Source: Thermoproteota archaeon
GTDB taxonomy: Archaea > Thermoproteota > Methanomethylicia > Methanomethylicales > Methanomethylicaceae
Assembly: GCA_030055575.1 (NCBI GenBank)
Contig: JASFYL010000003.1
Location: 1 to 52,057, forward strand
Reading direction: 5' to 3'
DNA length: 52,057 nt
The notes beneath the pieces are model-generated. The model was given only the letters and a program-made list of their open reading frames with translations. It was not told the origin of the DNA and made no database searches. Position 1 is the stretch's first letter. The number at the start of each line of letters is the position of its first letter. Made by a program: the position numbers and the translations under genes. Shown here in pieces: positions 38,372 to 47,972 of the stretch.

Positions 38372-38944
38372 ATGGGGGTCACCATCCACTATAGGGGGGT
38401 CGTCTACTGCTCAGAGGAGTACATCTCGAAGATATTGATGCAGATAGGGGATATGCTCAAGGAAAGGGGCGTGTCAGACTACAGGCTCCTGAACGGATTC
38501 GAGTCCGAGGAGGACTTCAGAAAAGCCAGGGAACTGGTCAACCTAAAGCCCGTGCCGTCTTGGGTCCAGAAGGGCTCGTTCATTTACACCTTCAAGCCCA
38601 ACTCTAAGGAGCCAAGGACGCCGACCAGGAAGATGGGGATCCGGGCCAACATCCACCCCGGCTGCGAGACCTTCGATGTGACCTTCTACGAGCTGGGGGG
38701 CGAGAGTGTCTGGCAGATTCCCTACACCTTCGTGAAGACCCAGTTCGCGCCGGTCTCGGTCCATATCGCTATCTGCGAGATACTCTGGTCCGTGGACGAG
38801 ATGCTGACACACAAGGGCGGAAACTTTTTGGTCAACGACGAGGGCGACTACTACTACACCAAAGACCTGGAAAAGCTGAAAGAGAATTTCGGGAAGGTCA
38901 ACCTGCTGATAGGGAGAATCATCGGCGCCCTGGCTATGGTCTGA
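38372..38944 (+). CDS. Hypothetical protein (MGVTIHYRG…VKTQFA type)
   Basis: 190-aa ORF with coding-like GC3 bias; no function recognised. Confidence 0.75.
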   Translation: MGVTIHYRGVVYCSEEYISKILMQIGDMLKERGVSDYRLLNGFESEEDFRKARELVNLKPVPSWVQKGSFIYTFKPNSKEPRTPTRKMGIRANIHPGCETFDVTFYELGGESVWQIPYTFVKTQFAPVSVHIAICEILWSVDEMLTHKGGNFLVNDEGDYYYTKDLEKLKENFGKVNLLIGRIIGALAMV

Positions 38945-38956
38945 GCGCCCCGTCGC

Positions 38957-39226
38957 TCATTTTTTGTGCGCCATCAGTGCCCGCTTCAGGCTCTCCCTTT
39001 CCTTAACGCTGTCCCATTCATAGACCCGGTTCCCTATCCGGATCACAGGGACCGAGTCCAAGTTTAGCATCAGGAGATCAGCCAGGGCATCGCTGTCATT
39101 GTCGATGTTCCTTTCCAAGACGACCCCGCCGTAGTCCTCGCCGATCTCCTTCAAGACTTCCTTCAGGTTCTTCTTCAGCATCCTGCAGTTTACGCAGGTG
39201 TCGCTGGTGAAGAGCTCGAGTTTCAT
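38957..39226 (-). CDS. Glutaredoxin/thioredoxin-like protein
   Basis: MKLELFTSDTCVNC (CxxC), cis-Pro motif SVPVIRIG. Confidence 0.85.
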   Translation of the reverse strand: MKLELFTSDTCVNCRMLKKNLKEVLKEIGEDYGGVVLERNIDNDSDALADLLMLNLDSVPVIRIGNRVYEWDSVKERESLKRALMAHKK

Positions 39227-39460
39227 AGTAGCAGATATGACACAAGATCTTATAGGGATAACTGCTCCCGGGGAAATCGACGCAGATTGGAAATAACTGG
39301 GCGCCGTTGTTGACCGCGTCTTTTGTGGACGGTGAATTTCGTTATTGAAGAAAAACAAACCCAAAAGCACCCCCTTGGCAGTCCCTGCAGGTCAGAAGTC
39401 AAAAATCGGTACTTCCCCTCGATGGTTCGCTTAGTTCTTTGTAGGCGCGTTGATGGAGTG

Positions 39461-39796
39461 TCAGGCTTGGGATGCGCGGTATACCGTGTTGATCCTCTCC
39501 TCAAGGTCGTTTTCCATGAACCACTTGGGGTTCCTGTGGTAGGGGTGCAGCGCCCTGAACCCCATCTTCCTGTAAACCGCCATCAGTTCCCGAAAAGAGG
39601 GCGCCGCTCTGCTCAGGTGGGCCAGCCTCACCGGGATCCCCTTGAACTTCTCTCCGGGGAATGCGTCGAAGACCCACAGGTCAGCTTTGACCCCCTCGCG
39701 TGTCTCGAGAACCTTCAGGAAGAACCTCTCTTCGCCCTTTGCAAGGGGCAAGAGTTTCCCTTCCTTTACTATGTGGTCGATTGCCCGCATCTGCAT
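39461..39796 (-). CDS. Hypothetical protein
   Basis: 111-aa ORF with plausible composition, co-oriented with the redoxin gene. Confidence 0.6.
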   Translation of the reverse strand: MQMRAIDHIVKEGKLLPLAKGEERFFLKVLETREGVKADLWVFDAFPGEKFKGIPVRLAHLSRAAPSFRELMAVYRKMGFRALHPYHRNPKWFMENDLEERINTVYRASQA

Positions 39797-39938
39797 CTCT
39801 ATAGATTATTCGTCTCCACCGCTTAATCTCTTATTCCGTCTTCCGTTAATCCCGCTACGTTGCCCCCAAAGGGTGGTTATGAAAAGTTTATAAGAACCGC
39901 ATAGTTTTCTTTTTTGAAAACGGTCCTTTTACATGAAC

Positions 39939-40034
39939 AGCGGGGTGGGGTAGCCAGGTTATCCCGCGGGGCTCATAAGCCCCGTCGGTTGAGAAACCCC
40001 GAGATCGGTGGTTCAAATCCACCCCCCGCTACCA
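39939..40034 (+). tRNA. Initiator tRNA-Met(CAU) with canonical 37/38 intron (39978-39995)
   Basis: A1-U72 pair, CGGGG/CCCCG anticodon stem, BHB central helix CTCA/TGAG, encoded CCA. Confidence 0.95.
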
Positions 40035-40085
40035 AAATTAAACACTTAAAACCCGGATGCGACCTCTAATGATCGAGGCTCGGAA

Positions 40086-40376
40086 TTGATAGTTCTCCTC
40101 TCTGGAAATGGGAAATATTTCGTGCCCCCTCAGTATCAGGAGGAGGTCGTAAAAACCGGAAAAGCGCTCTTCAAGAAGTTGGAAAGTAGGGATGACCAAG
40201 CGTTTTCGGGCATGCTCAGGGACCTCCACGCCTTCGTTTCCTCAAAGGGGACCCCAGTCGAGATCATCAAGCCGGCGGACGTGGTCGTCCCGCCAGTTGA
40301 TCTAGAGCCGGGGATCCTCCGCAGGGTGTTGGGGATTGAGGCTCCCAAAGAAACGCCCGACAGTCCCGTCCCATGA
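40086..40376 (+). CDS. Hypothetical protein
   Basis: 96-aa ORF; its 3' end overlaps the 3' end of tiaS by 75 nt. Confidence 0.5.
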   Translation: MIVLLSGNGKYFVPPQYQEEVVKTGKALFKKLESRDDQAFSGMLRDLHAFVSSKGTPVEIIKPADVVVPPVDLEPGILRRVLGIEAPKETPDSPVP

Positions 40377-41654
40377 GAGCTTCTCCAACCCAAGCCTACG
40401 GGGGGGCTTAGCCAAGTGTCTCAGAGACCTCGGAGGGGGGAGGTAAGTCCCTTTCCTGACCTGCCTCGGGATATTTTCAATAACTGGCGACTCGGACTTC
40501 TTACCGCACTTCTCGCACTCGAACCCCTTGTTCCTACCCTTCGCCTTCATCCTCACGCCGCACCTTGGGCAGAGGGGGTTCCTCTTTACTGAGTCTACTA
40601 GCTCCAAGACGTCGAGCCTCTCCAGGTTCAGGGTCAGCTTCCCTCCAGCTTCACCTTCATCAAGGACCCTCACCCCGCCATACACGCGGACTATGTCCCC
40701 TGGCAAGAGCGCCCTAGCCGCCCTCTCTATGTCACCCGACTGCTGGTAAGCTGCTGCGTCTATGCAGCCGGAGCCGTCGGCGACCTCCACTATGGTGTGC
40801 CCACCGCGCAGGGTGACGGGTTTTTTCGAGACCGCGCCCTCGATCACCGCCGCCTGGTAGGGGGTCAGCGATGATATCTTTGGTCTGTTGATCATATGCG
40901 CGTCCGTTCCTTGGTTTGAGCGGTATATTATCCACTTCTCCCCTTCTTCGAAGACCAGCTTCCCTAGAGCATCGATCACTACGCCGGGGGACTCGCCCCT
41001 GATCCCGAAGAGGATGGGATCCGGTCCGTGTGGAGTGATCAGGATCCTGTTGGTTTCTGGGTCGATGTTGTTAAATGTGTGCGGTGCCGTCTCCTTGTCC
41101 ATGCTCCTGACGCTCTCGGCATCCACCTTCCTGGGCGACCCCCACGCATCCCTCTTTCTGTACACTATCAGCTCGAACGTATGGTCCGCCTCGAGGGTGT
41201 TGCCTATTGCAGCCACAGCGCCAATGAGTCCCCTTCCTCCCCTTATCGTCCTGAACCCAATCTTCGACTGCGCGGCAACCCTGTAGGCTTCTTCGAGAGA
41301 AAGCACATCAAACAAAGCCCTCCTCCCGAACTCCTTCACCTGCGGCGGCACCTCCCCTTCCAGCAGAGCTATCCCTGGCTGGTTCTTCCCATCGAGGCGA
41401 TCCCTGTTCTCCTCCACGATACTCGCGGCGAGCTCAAGGATCTCTCCTTCGGTTCTTGCCGAAGAGAACCTTAGGCAGACCGCCGCATTCCCGCGGGACT
41501 TCCAGGGGACGTTTGGGTTGAGCCTTATCAGGTTCGGGTAGTCTACGAATCTCGCCTCAGGAAGCAGCCTCTCCACTATAAGCGCGCCAACGTAAGTCGT
41601 GCATCCCATTCTGAGCGAATCCGTGTCATCGATGGCGAGGTGGTAGGTCGGCAT
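40302..41654 (-). CDS. tiaS: tRNA(Ile2) agmatinylcytidine synthetase
   Basis: AIDDTDS...GCTTY, LIRLNPNVPWKSRGNAA, GRGLIGAVAAIG, PHGPDPILFGIRG, OB fold and zinc ribbon, RHLAKP. Confidence 0.96.
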   Translation of the reverse strand: MPTYHLAIDDTDSLRMGCTTYVGALIVERLLPEARFVDYPNLIRLNPNVPWKSRGNAAVCLRFSSARTEGEILELAASIVEENRDRLDGKNQPGIALLEGEVPPQVKEFGRRALFDVLSLEEAYRVAAQSKIGFRTIRGGRGLIGAVAAIGNTLEADHTFELIVYRKRDAWGSPRKVDAESVRSMDKETAPHTFNNIDPETNRILITPHGPDPILFGIRGESPGVVIDALGKLVFEEGEKWIIYRSNQGTDAHMINRPKISSLTPYQAAVIEGAVSKKPVTLRGGHTIVEVADGSGCIDAAAYQQSGDIERAARALLPGDIVRVYGGVRVLDEGEAGGKLTLNLERLDVLELVDSVKRNPLCPRCGVRMKAKGRNKGFECEKCGKKSESPVIENIPRQVRKGTYLPPPRSLRHLAKPPRRLGLEKLSWDGTVGRFFGSLNPQHPAEDPRL

Positions 41655-41890
41655 TGCAAGAAACCTCCCGAGTATCCTTTTTCAAACCTCCTCCCTCTTT
41701 ACCATGCCTCCTTGGGGGCTCCGTTCGACTCGAATGCTGCTAAGGGCGAGCTGTTCGCTGGCGCCTCCTCTCGGGTCACCTTGATGTATCATCTGGTGAT
41801 TCCCTCGCTCGACCTTTTCTCAGCAGGGTTGCTTTCCCCAATCAATATTAGCTTGAGTATGTATCTCTATCGTGAGAACGGGACAGCCGC

Positions 41891-42433
41891 TTGCCTGAGA
41901 TCTACATTTACAATAAGCGCGAGTGCGACACGAAGAAATGCACTGCCGCTAAACTGGGCAGGCTGCGCCTTGCCAAGTTAGTGTACCACATACAGAAGAT
42001 CCCGCGCTCATCCGTGATCCTGTACCCGTTCAGCGATTGCGTCGTCTCGCCCGGAGACAGGGAGCAAGCGGTCAGGGCGTCCCTTGCTGCCATAGATTGC
42101 TCTTGGAATTCGTTCCAGCCTATCAAGATGCCCGGGACCCTCCTCGCGAGGAAGCTCCCCTTCCTGCTGGCTGCAAACCCGACCAACTACTCGATCCCAT
42201 ACAAACTGAGCACCCTGGAAGCGCTGGCTGCAGCCCTCTACATAATGGGCTTCAAGGAGCAGGCGCAGGAGCTCCTATCGAAGGTCAAGTGGGGTGGCAC
42301 TTTTCTGACGCTCAACGAGGAGCCGCTCTACCTGTACTCGAGTGCGTCCAACCCTGCGGAGATCCTGGAGATAGAGAAGGGCTACCTCAGCGAGTACTCG
42401 AACCAGAAGGTGAGGAGTTCGACAATAGTCTAA
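41891..42433 (+). CDS. tsr3: 16S rRNA aminocarboxypropyltransferase
   Basis: ECDTKKCTAAKL, AIDCSW, RKLPFLLAANPTNY, LSTLEALAAAL, KWGGTFLTLN. Confidence 0.95.
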   Translation: MPEIYIYNKRECDTKKCTAAKLGRLRLAKLVYHIQKIPRSSVILYPFSDCVVSPGDREQAVRASLAAIDCSWNSFQPIKMPGTLLARKLPFLLAANPTNYSIPYKLSTLEALAAALYIMGFKEQAQELLSKVKWGGTFLTLNEEPLYLYSSASNPAEILEIEKGYLSEYSNQKVRSSTIV

Positions 42434-42493
42434 CTTTCTGTCGTCTTTTGCCTTGGATCAACATTAAATACTTCGACAGCAAATAATGTAGTG

Positions 42494-42634
42494 ATGAAAA
42501 TGGCTCTGGTATTGAAAAGAAGGATCCCAAGCATAAGGAGAAGAAACCTCCGCAGGTCTAACTCCAGGAGGAGCATAGAGGAGAGGATCAAGCGCGCTTG
42601 GGAATCGCCGGAGACATACGAGCCTCAGATCTGA
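42494..42634 (+). CDS. Possible 46-aa Arg-rich micropeptide
   Basis: MKMALVLKRRIPSIRRRNLRRSNSRRSIEERIKRAWESPETYEPQI*; fills the gap between tsr3 and the convergent ECF gene. Confidence 0.35.
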   Translation: MKMALVLKRRIPSIRRRNLRRSNSRRSIEERIKRAWESPETYEPQI

Positions 42635-43329
42635 CCGCTTGAGGGGCCGTCCAAGTCCAATTTTCTAAAAGCAATCAATAGTGGCACCCCTATAATGGTG
42701 GATGCTGCAGATATCGCAAGCCTTTCGACCAGCATCACCGGAAACAAGCCCAGGAAGAAGAGTGGGTTCGGGTCGAAAGCAGCGATAAAGACCAAATTCC
42801 CCAGCATGTTTCCCGTCATCGTGGCGATGTAGCTTACCAGGGCTAGACCCAAGGTTATCTTCGCTTTGCTCTCGCTCTTCAGCATCCCTGAAATTCCCCC
42901 CCCAAAAAGGAGCGCCATTAATGCCGCGGCGACATGAGGCGCAGCATAGTGAGGCACGCTCTGCCCGTGCGGCGTCGCGAGCCAGGCTACGATTAGCACC
43001 AGCAGTAGGCTCCCTGAGAGTGCCCCACCAGGGATCTTGAAGATCTTTTTCTTGGATATGGCCGCCGAGGAGAAAGTGGAGACAAGTGCAAGTGGCGTGA
43101 AGATCAGCCCTCCCATTTCGCCGCTCACGACCTTCCCAATTACTGCTCCGGTGAATGCGGAGAGCGGCCCTAAGGCTGCGCCGAGGGCTATCCCGTAGCT
43201 TGGCTCAAGGCTCCTCGCCAGGTCTATTTCGGCGCCGGGGGCTCCTATTACAGGAAAGCCTGGAAGAAGGCTGACTGCCGCGTACACTGCTGCCATGAGT
43301 GCTACTTTCGTTATCGCTCTGGTTTGCAT
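42625..43329 (-). CDS. ECF transporter S-component-like membrane protein
   Basis: About 6-7 TM segments; N-terminal ALMAAVYAAVS and G..LG...G...AFxGAxIG pattern. Confidence 0.75.
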   Translation of the reverse strand: MQTRAITKVALMAAVYAAVSLLPGFPVIGAPGAEIDLARSLEPSYGIALGAALGPLSAFTGAVIGKVVSGEMGGLIFTPLALVSTFSSAAISKKKIFKIPGGALSGSLLLVLIVAWLATPHGQSVPHYAAPHVAAALMALLFGGGISGMLKSESKAKITLGLALVSYIATMTGNMLGNLVFIAAFDPNPLFFLGLFPVMLVERLAISAASTIIGVPLLIAFRKLDLDGPSSGQI

Positions 43330-43478
43330 GGGCTACGTTGGTTCATACTCACTTTTTATGTTTTTGCGTTGTTAGTCTACGATCATGTAACTGGATATGC
43401 GCTTGTGCGTCATGCGGGGGATTCAGGAACTGACATAACCCTTTATGATTTTTATATGAGCTATAATGTGCATTAAAG

Positions 43479-43503
43479 TTTAAATATATACTTATACGTA
43501 TAA
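43479..43503 (+). promoter_or_regulatory. trp operon promoter (TATA box) with adjacent 12-bp palindrome
   Basis: TTTAAATA at 43479-43486; perfect palindrome TTATACGTATAA at 43492-43503. Confidence 0.55.
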
Positions 43504-43524
43504 ATTAAAGTTGTGATGGTGCAA

Positions 43525-44956
43525 ATGGGGAATAGGCTTTGGATTACCTGAGTTTTTAAGAAAGTCTCCGACATTTGTAAGGATTAAAGGAGAAGTACCT
43601 CCTCTAGAACTATTCACAAAGATCTGCAACCATTACGACTATGCGTACATTCTGGAGTCTGTCGAAGGTCCCAGTAAACTCGCCAAATACTCTTTCATAG
43701 GCTTCAACCCGCCCGTAGTCTTGAAGGTTAAAGACGGAAAGCTTGAGGTCCACTATAGAGTTAGCGGGGAAAGAACCGTCTACGATGTCGAAGACCCGCT
43801 GCTTTATTTGAGGCGTTTCGTTGGAAGATCAAACTCTCTTCCACAAAGGTTCCGGCTAATAGGCGGCGCTGTAGGTTACATTTCCTACGATGCAGTTCGT
43901 TACTGGGAGCCGATACCAAGCATGACGGTCGATTGTTACAAGTTCCCCGACTTTGAAATGGGGATATTCCGCGACGGTATAGTTTTGGACCATAAGACAA
44001 GGGAAGCTTTCTACTATCACATGGACAAAAGCCGATTATCCGAACTACTTAGCCTAACTAACGAAGGGTACGGGGATGGGACATTTGTATGCTCCGAACC
44101 AAAGGCAAATGTTGCAAAAGAAGAGTTCGAAAGAAATGTAGCCAAGGCTAAAGAATACATATGCGCCGGGGACATTTTCCAGGTCGTCCTATCCAAACGC
44201 CATGAGTTCAGGTTCAAAGGGAGTCTAATGCCCTTTTACAGGGCGTTGAGAGAAATCAATCCGTCCCCTTACATGTACTTTCTGAAAATGGGAGAACGCC
44301 AAATCGTCGGCTCGAGCCCAGAGATGCTCGTCAGAGTTGAGAACGACCGAATCGAGACCTTCCCGATCGCGGGGACGCGCCCCCGCGTCGGAGTCGCGCC
44401 AAAAGATAGAGCGCTGAGAAAGGAGCTTCTTGACGATCAAAAGGAACGCGCAGAGCACGTAATGCTTGTGGATCTAGCCAGAAACGACATCGGAAAAGTC
44501 TCAGAGTTTGGCTCAGTTACGGTCCCGGAATTCATGAGAGTTTACCAGTAAAGCCACGTCCAGCACATGGTATCGAAAGTCTCCGGGAGGCTGCACAAAG
44601 GCTGCGATTGTTTTGATGCGCTGAGGGCTGTTTTCCCGGCCGGGACTGTGTCCGGGGCCCCGAAGGTCAGAGCCATGGAGATCATAGAGGAGTGCGAGCA
44701 CGCCAGGAGGGGGCCATACGCAGGCGCTGTAGGCTACTTTTCCTACAACGGAAACGCTGATTTCGCCATAACCATAAGGACACTGATCGCGTGCAGGGGC
44801 TCCGCCTATGTCCAAACTGGGGCTGGGATAGTCGCGGATTCCAACCCTGAAAGGGAATGGCTCGAGACGGAGCACAAGGCTACAGCGCTGCTCAATGCCC
44901 TCCAGCTTTCTCGGGAAGGTGAGGCACATGAAAGTTCTGGTTATCGACAACTATGA
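43525..44956 (+). pseudogene. trpE: Anthranilate synthase component I, disrupted
   Basis: LESVEG…KYSFIG, GDIFQVVLS, NPSPYM, SSPE, PIAGTRPR, ERAEHVMLVDLARND. In-frame TAA at 44549-44551 where Tyr (Y-SHVxH) is expected; ATG 43525 is out of frame by one base. Confidence 0.93.
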
Positions 44957-45509
44957 CTCGTTTGTCTACAATCTCGTGCAATGCTTGGGAGCGCTCGGGG
45001 CGACCCCGATAGTGTACAGGAACGACCAGCTTACCCTGAACGAGGCTTTGGAAATCGATCCGGAAAGGGTGGTCATCTCGCCCGGACCAGGCACGCCCGA
45101 GGAGAGCCGCTACTTCGGGATCTGCGGTGAAGTCTTGCGGGTCCTTGGTCCAAGAATCCCGACTTTAGGCGTCTGCCTCGGGCATCAGGGGATAGCCTCC
45201 GTTTTCGGCGGCAAGATCGTCCAGGCGAGGAGGCTGATGCACGGGAAAACGAGCTACGTTATGCATGACGGGGAGGGTCTCTTCAGGGGCTTGAAAAACC
45301 CAATCAAAGCCATGCGCTACCACTCGCTGGTTGCGGAGAAGGGGTCGCTTCCTAAATGTCTGGAGATTACAGCGATGGCTTTGGACGATGGGGAAATTAT
45401 GGGGATCCGCCACTCGAGATACCCAATCGAAGGGGTTCAGTTCCATCCGGAATCCGTCTTGACGGACTGCGGCAAGAAAATCTTTGAGAACTTCCTCAAG
45501 GGGTGGTGA
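44928..45509 (+). CDS. trpG: Anthranilate synthase component II (glutamine amidotransferase)
   Basis: IDNYDSFVYNL, ISPGPG, LGVCLGHQ, RYHSL, GVQFHPES. Confidence 0.96.
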   Translation: MKVLVIDNYDSFVYNLVQCLGALGATPIVYRNDQLTLNEALEIDPERVVISPGPGTPEESRYFGICGEVLRVLGPRIPTLGVCLGHQGIASVFGGKIVQARRLMHGKTSYVMHDGEGLFRGLKNPIKAMRYHSLVAEKGSLPKCLEITAMALDDGEIMGIRHSRYPIEGVQFHPESVLTDCGKKIFENFLKGW

Positions 45510-45517
45510 ATGGATCG

Positions 45518-46582
45518 ATGATCCAACGAATCATTCAGAAGCTCGTGGAAAAGCAGGACCTAACGCACGCCGAAGCCTGTGGAGCCGTGAGTGAGATCAT
45601 GAGTGGGGAAGTAGCCCAATCCCTAACCGCCTCTTTTCTGACTGCCCTGAGGATGAAGGGCGAAACAGTGGAGGAGATATCCGCCTTTGCCTCCACGATG
45701 AAGGAGTTTTGCCACAAAATTAGACCGAAGGTGAATGGTCGCCTCGTTGACACGTGCGGGACTGGAGGGGATCGGATAAAAACCTTCAACGCAAGCACCA
45801 CCGCCGTCTTCGTTGCTGCGGGGGCTGGAGTAGCCATCGCCAAGCATGGGAACCGCTCGGTCACGAGCACCTCCGGTAGTGCCGATGTCCTCGAAAGATT
45901 GGGGGTCAACCTGAAAGTAAAGCCTGATACCGTCGAAAGTACCATTGAAAGGATCGGGGTAGGCTTTATGTTCGCCCCGGCTTTTCACCCGGCGATGAGG
46001 AACATAGCCGAAGTGCGGAAGGAACTGGGCATAAGGACAATATTTAATGTTCTGGGGCCTTTGGTGAACCCCGCCGGCGTGGACGCACAGGTAGTCGGCG
46101 TCTATGAGGAAGCGCTCGTGGAAAAAGTAGCAATGGTGCTCAGGAGCCTAGGCATAAAACATGCCATGGTTTCCCACGGTTTGGACGGGCTCGACGAGAT
46201 ATCGACCGTAGGGAAAACATTGATGGCAAGGCTAGAGGAGGGGGAAATAAAATCACGGGTGGTCGGACCAGAAGATTTCGGCGTGAGGAGAGCCTCTCCA
46301 GAAGAAATCGCAGTGGTCGACCCTGAGGAGAGCGCCGAAATCTGTTTCAAAATCCTCTACGGCATCCTGAAAGACGGGGATCCTAAGAGGGACATAGTGC
46401 TGGTGAACGCCGCGGCAGCGATTGTCGTTGGCGGAAAGGCTGAGGACTATGGCTATGCCATGGAGCTCGGACGGGAATCGATAGAGAGTGGAGCTGCTTA
46501 CAAGAAACTAAAGGGCTTGCTGGCATGCTATGACGGAAGCCGACTATCGACGCTTGAGGGGCTGGAGACCAAATATGGCTGA
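45518..46582 (+). CDS. trpD: Anthranilate phosphoribosyltransferase
   Basis: DTCGTGGD, FNAST, KHGNRSVTS.SGSADVLE, FNVLGPLVNP, GLDEIS. Confidence 0.96.
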   Translation: MIQRIIQKLVEKQDLTHAEACGAVSEIMSGEVAQSLTASFLTALRMKGETVEEISAFASTMKEFCHKIRPKVNGRLVDTCGTGGDRIKTFNASTTAVFVAAGAGVAIAKHGNRSVTSTSGSADVLERLGVNLKVKPDTVESTIERIGVGFMFAPAFHPAMRNIAEVRKELGIRTIFNVLGPLVNPAGVDAQVVGVYEEALVEKVAMVLRSLGIKHAMVSHGLDGLDEISTVGKTLMARLEEGEIKSRVVGPEDFGVRRASPEEIAVVDPEESAEICFKILYGILKDGDPKRDIVLVNAAAAIVVGGKAEDYGYAMELGRESIESGAAYKKLKGLLACYDGSRLSTLEGLETKYG

Positions 46583-47322
46583 TTTCCTCGACACTCTGGC
46601 ACAAGACGCCATATCGAGGGTGAGATCTGGGTACTATTCTGTCCCTGGAGGGGGCGTTCCTAGACCATGCTTGAGCCTAAAAACCTCTATAGAGCGGTGC
46701 GTACACGCGCCGATAATCGCCGAGGTCAAGCCCCGTTCCCCATCCCGCGGCTTTTTGAGAAGGATCGACAGTCCGACGGGAGTTGTAAAGGCAATGGAAC
46801 GGGGAGGCGCTGTTGGAATATCCGTTCTGACGGAACCAAAAAACTTCGGAGGCTCTATCGACTCCCTCAAAGAAGCGCGCAGCAGCACAGAGCTCCCGAT
46901 ACTAATGAAGGACATCGTCGTGGACCCCGTCCAGATAGAGGCTGCATCAAAATTTGGAGCCTCCTGCGTACTGTTCATATTCGAGTTATTCAAAAGGGGG
47001 TATGCACGCCACCCCCTGGAAGAAATGATCGGGCTTGCCCATCGCCTAGGTCTCGAGGTGCTCTTGGAGGCACACACGAAAGAGGAGTTTAGGGCGGCGC
47101 TCGAGACAAATTGCGATCTGGTAGGGATCAACAACAGGGACTTGGGCGTTGGCGGACATGAGAGGTTGTAAGAAAGTCGTTGTAAGCTAGAGCGGAATAC
47201 AAAGCCCAACCGATCTTAGGTATTTGAGGTCCTGCGGCGCCACCGCCTTCCTCGTCGGTTCATCCATCATGCTGACTGAGGATATCGAGACGAAACTAAG
47301 GGAGCTCGTCCAATCATTATGA
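46575..47322 (+). pseudogene. trpC: Indole-3-glycerol-phosphate synthase, disrupted
   Basis: IAEVKPRSPS, SVLTEPKNFGGS, PILMKD, GINNRDL, then a frame change near 47145. The C-terminal part (KVVVS*SGIQS…FLVGSSIM) has TAG at 47188-47190 where the Glu of ESGI is expected. Confidence 0.92.
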
Positions 47323-47972
47323 CTGTAAGGGTCAAGATCTGCGGGTTAACTAGCGAAAAGGACCTTGAAGCAGTCTGCAGATTGGGCGCTGACGCTGTAG
47401 GCTTTGTCGTGGGGGTCCCGGAGTCGCCTCGGAACCTGCCGCTGGAGGCGGCTAAGAGGCTAATTAGGCGGGTCCCGGTATTCGTGAAGAGCGTTTTGGT
47501 GACCGTCCCTAAAAACCAGGAGAGCCTTCTGGATCTTTACGAGGAGCTAATGCCTGACATAATTCAAATCCACGGGCCAGTCCCTTGGATGTCTGATTTA
47601 ATAGAAAAAATTCCAGACGTGATTTTGGTTAGGTGCGTGGACATCAAGTCCGAAAAGTCCGTCCCAGAAGCACTCAAAGCAGCAGAGCTCTTCGACGCCA
47701 TTCTCGCCGACTCTCCTTCTTCTCCCGAGAAGCACGGCGGTACTGGGGTGACCCACGACTGGAATCTGAGTAGGCACATAAGGGATGCAATATACCCTAA
47801 GGCGTTAATATTGGCCGGTGGGTTGAGCGTCTACAATGTTTCTGAGGCTACTGTAACGGTTAAGCCGTACGCGGTAGATGTCTCAACCGGGGTCGAGTCG
47901 AAACCAGGCGTGAAGGATCCTGTTAAGGTCGATGCTTTCATAAAAAAAGCGAAACAGTATATCTGTGATTAA
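47319..47972 (+). CDS. trpF: Phosphoribosylanthranilate isomerase
   Basis: VKICGLT, GADAVGFV, IQIHG, GGTG…DW, LAGGL…NV, VDVSTGVES.PGVKD. Confidence 0.96.
   Translation: MTVRVKICGLTSEKDLEAVCRLGADAVGFVVGVPESPRNLPLEAAKRLIRRVPVFVKSVLVTVPKNQESLLDLYEELMPDIIQIHGPVPWMSDLIEKIPDVILVRCVDIKSEKSVPEALKAAELFDAILADSPSSPEKHGGTGVTHDWNLSRHIRDAIYPKALILAGGLSVYNVSEATVTVKPYAVDVSTGVESKPGVKDPVKVDAFIKKAKQYICD

Noticed and set aside
41660-41890. GC-rich gap between tiaS and tsr3 as an ncRNA or small gene
   Set aside because: No RNase P, SRP or complete C/D motifs, and only short stop-interrupted frames.
43330-43470. Riboswitch upstream of the ECF S-component gene
   Set aside because: No TPP, FMN or cobalamin aptamer signature seen; the region is AT-rich.
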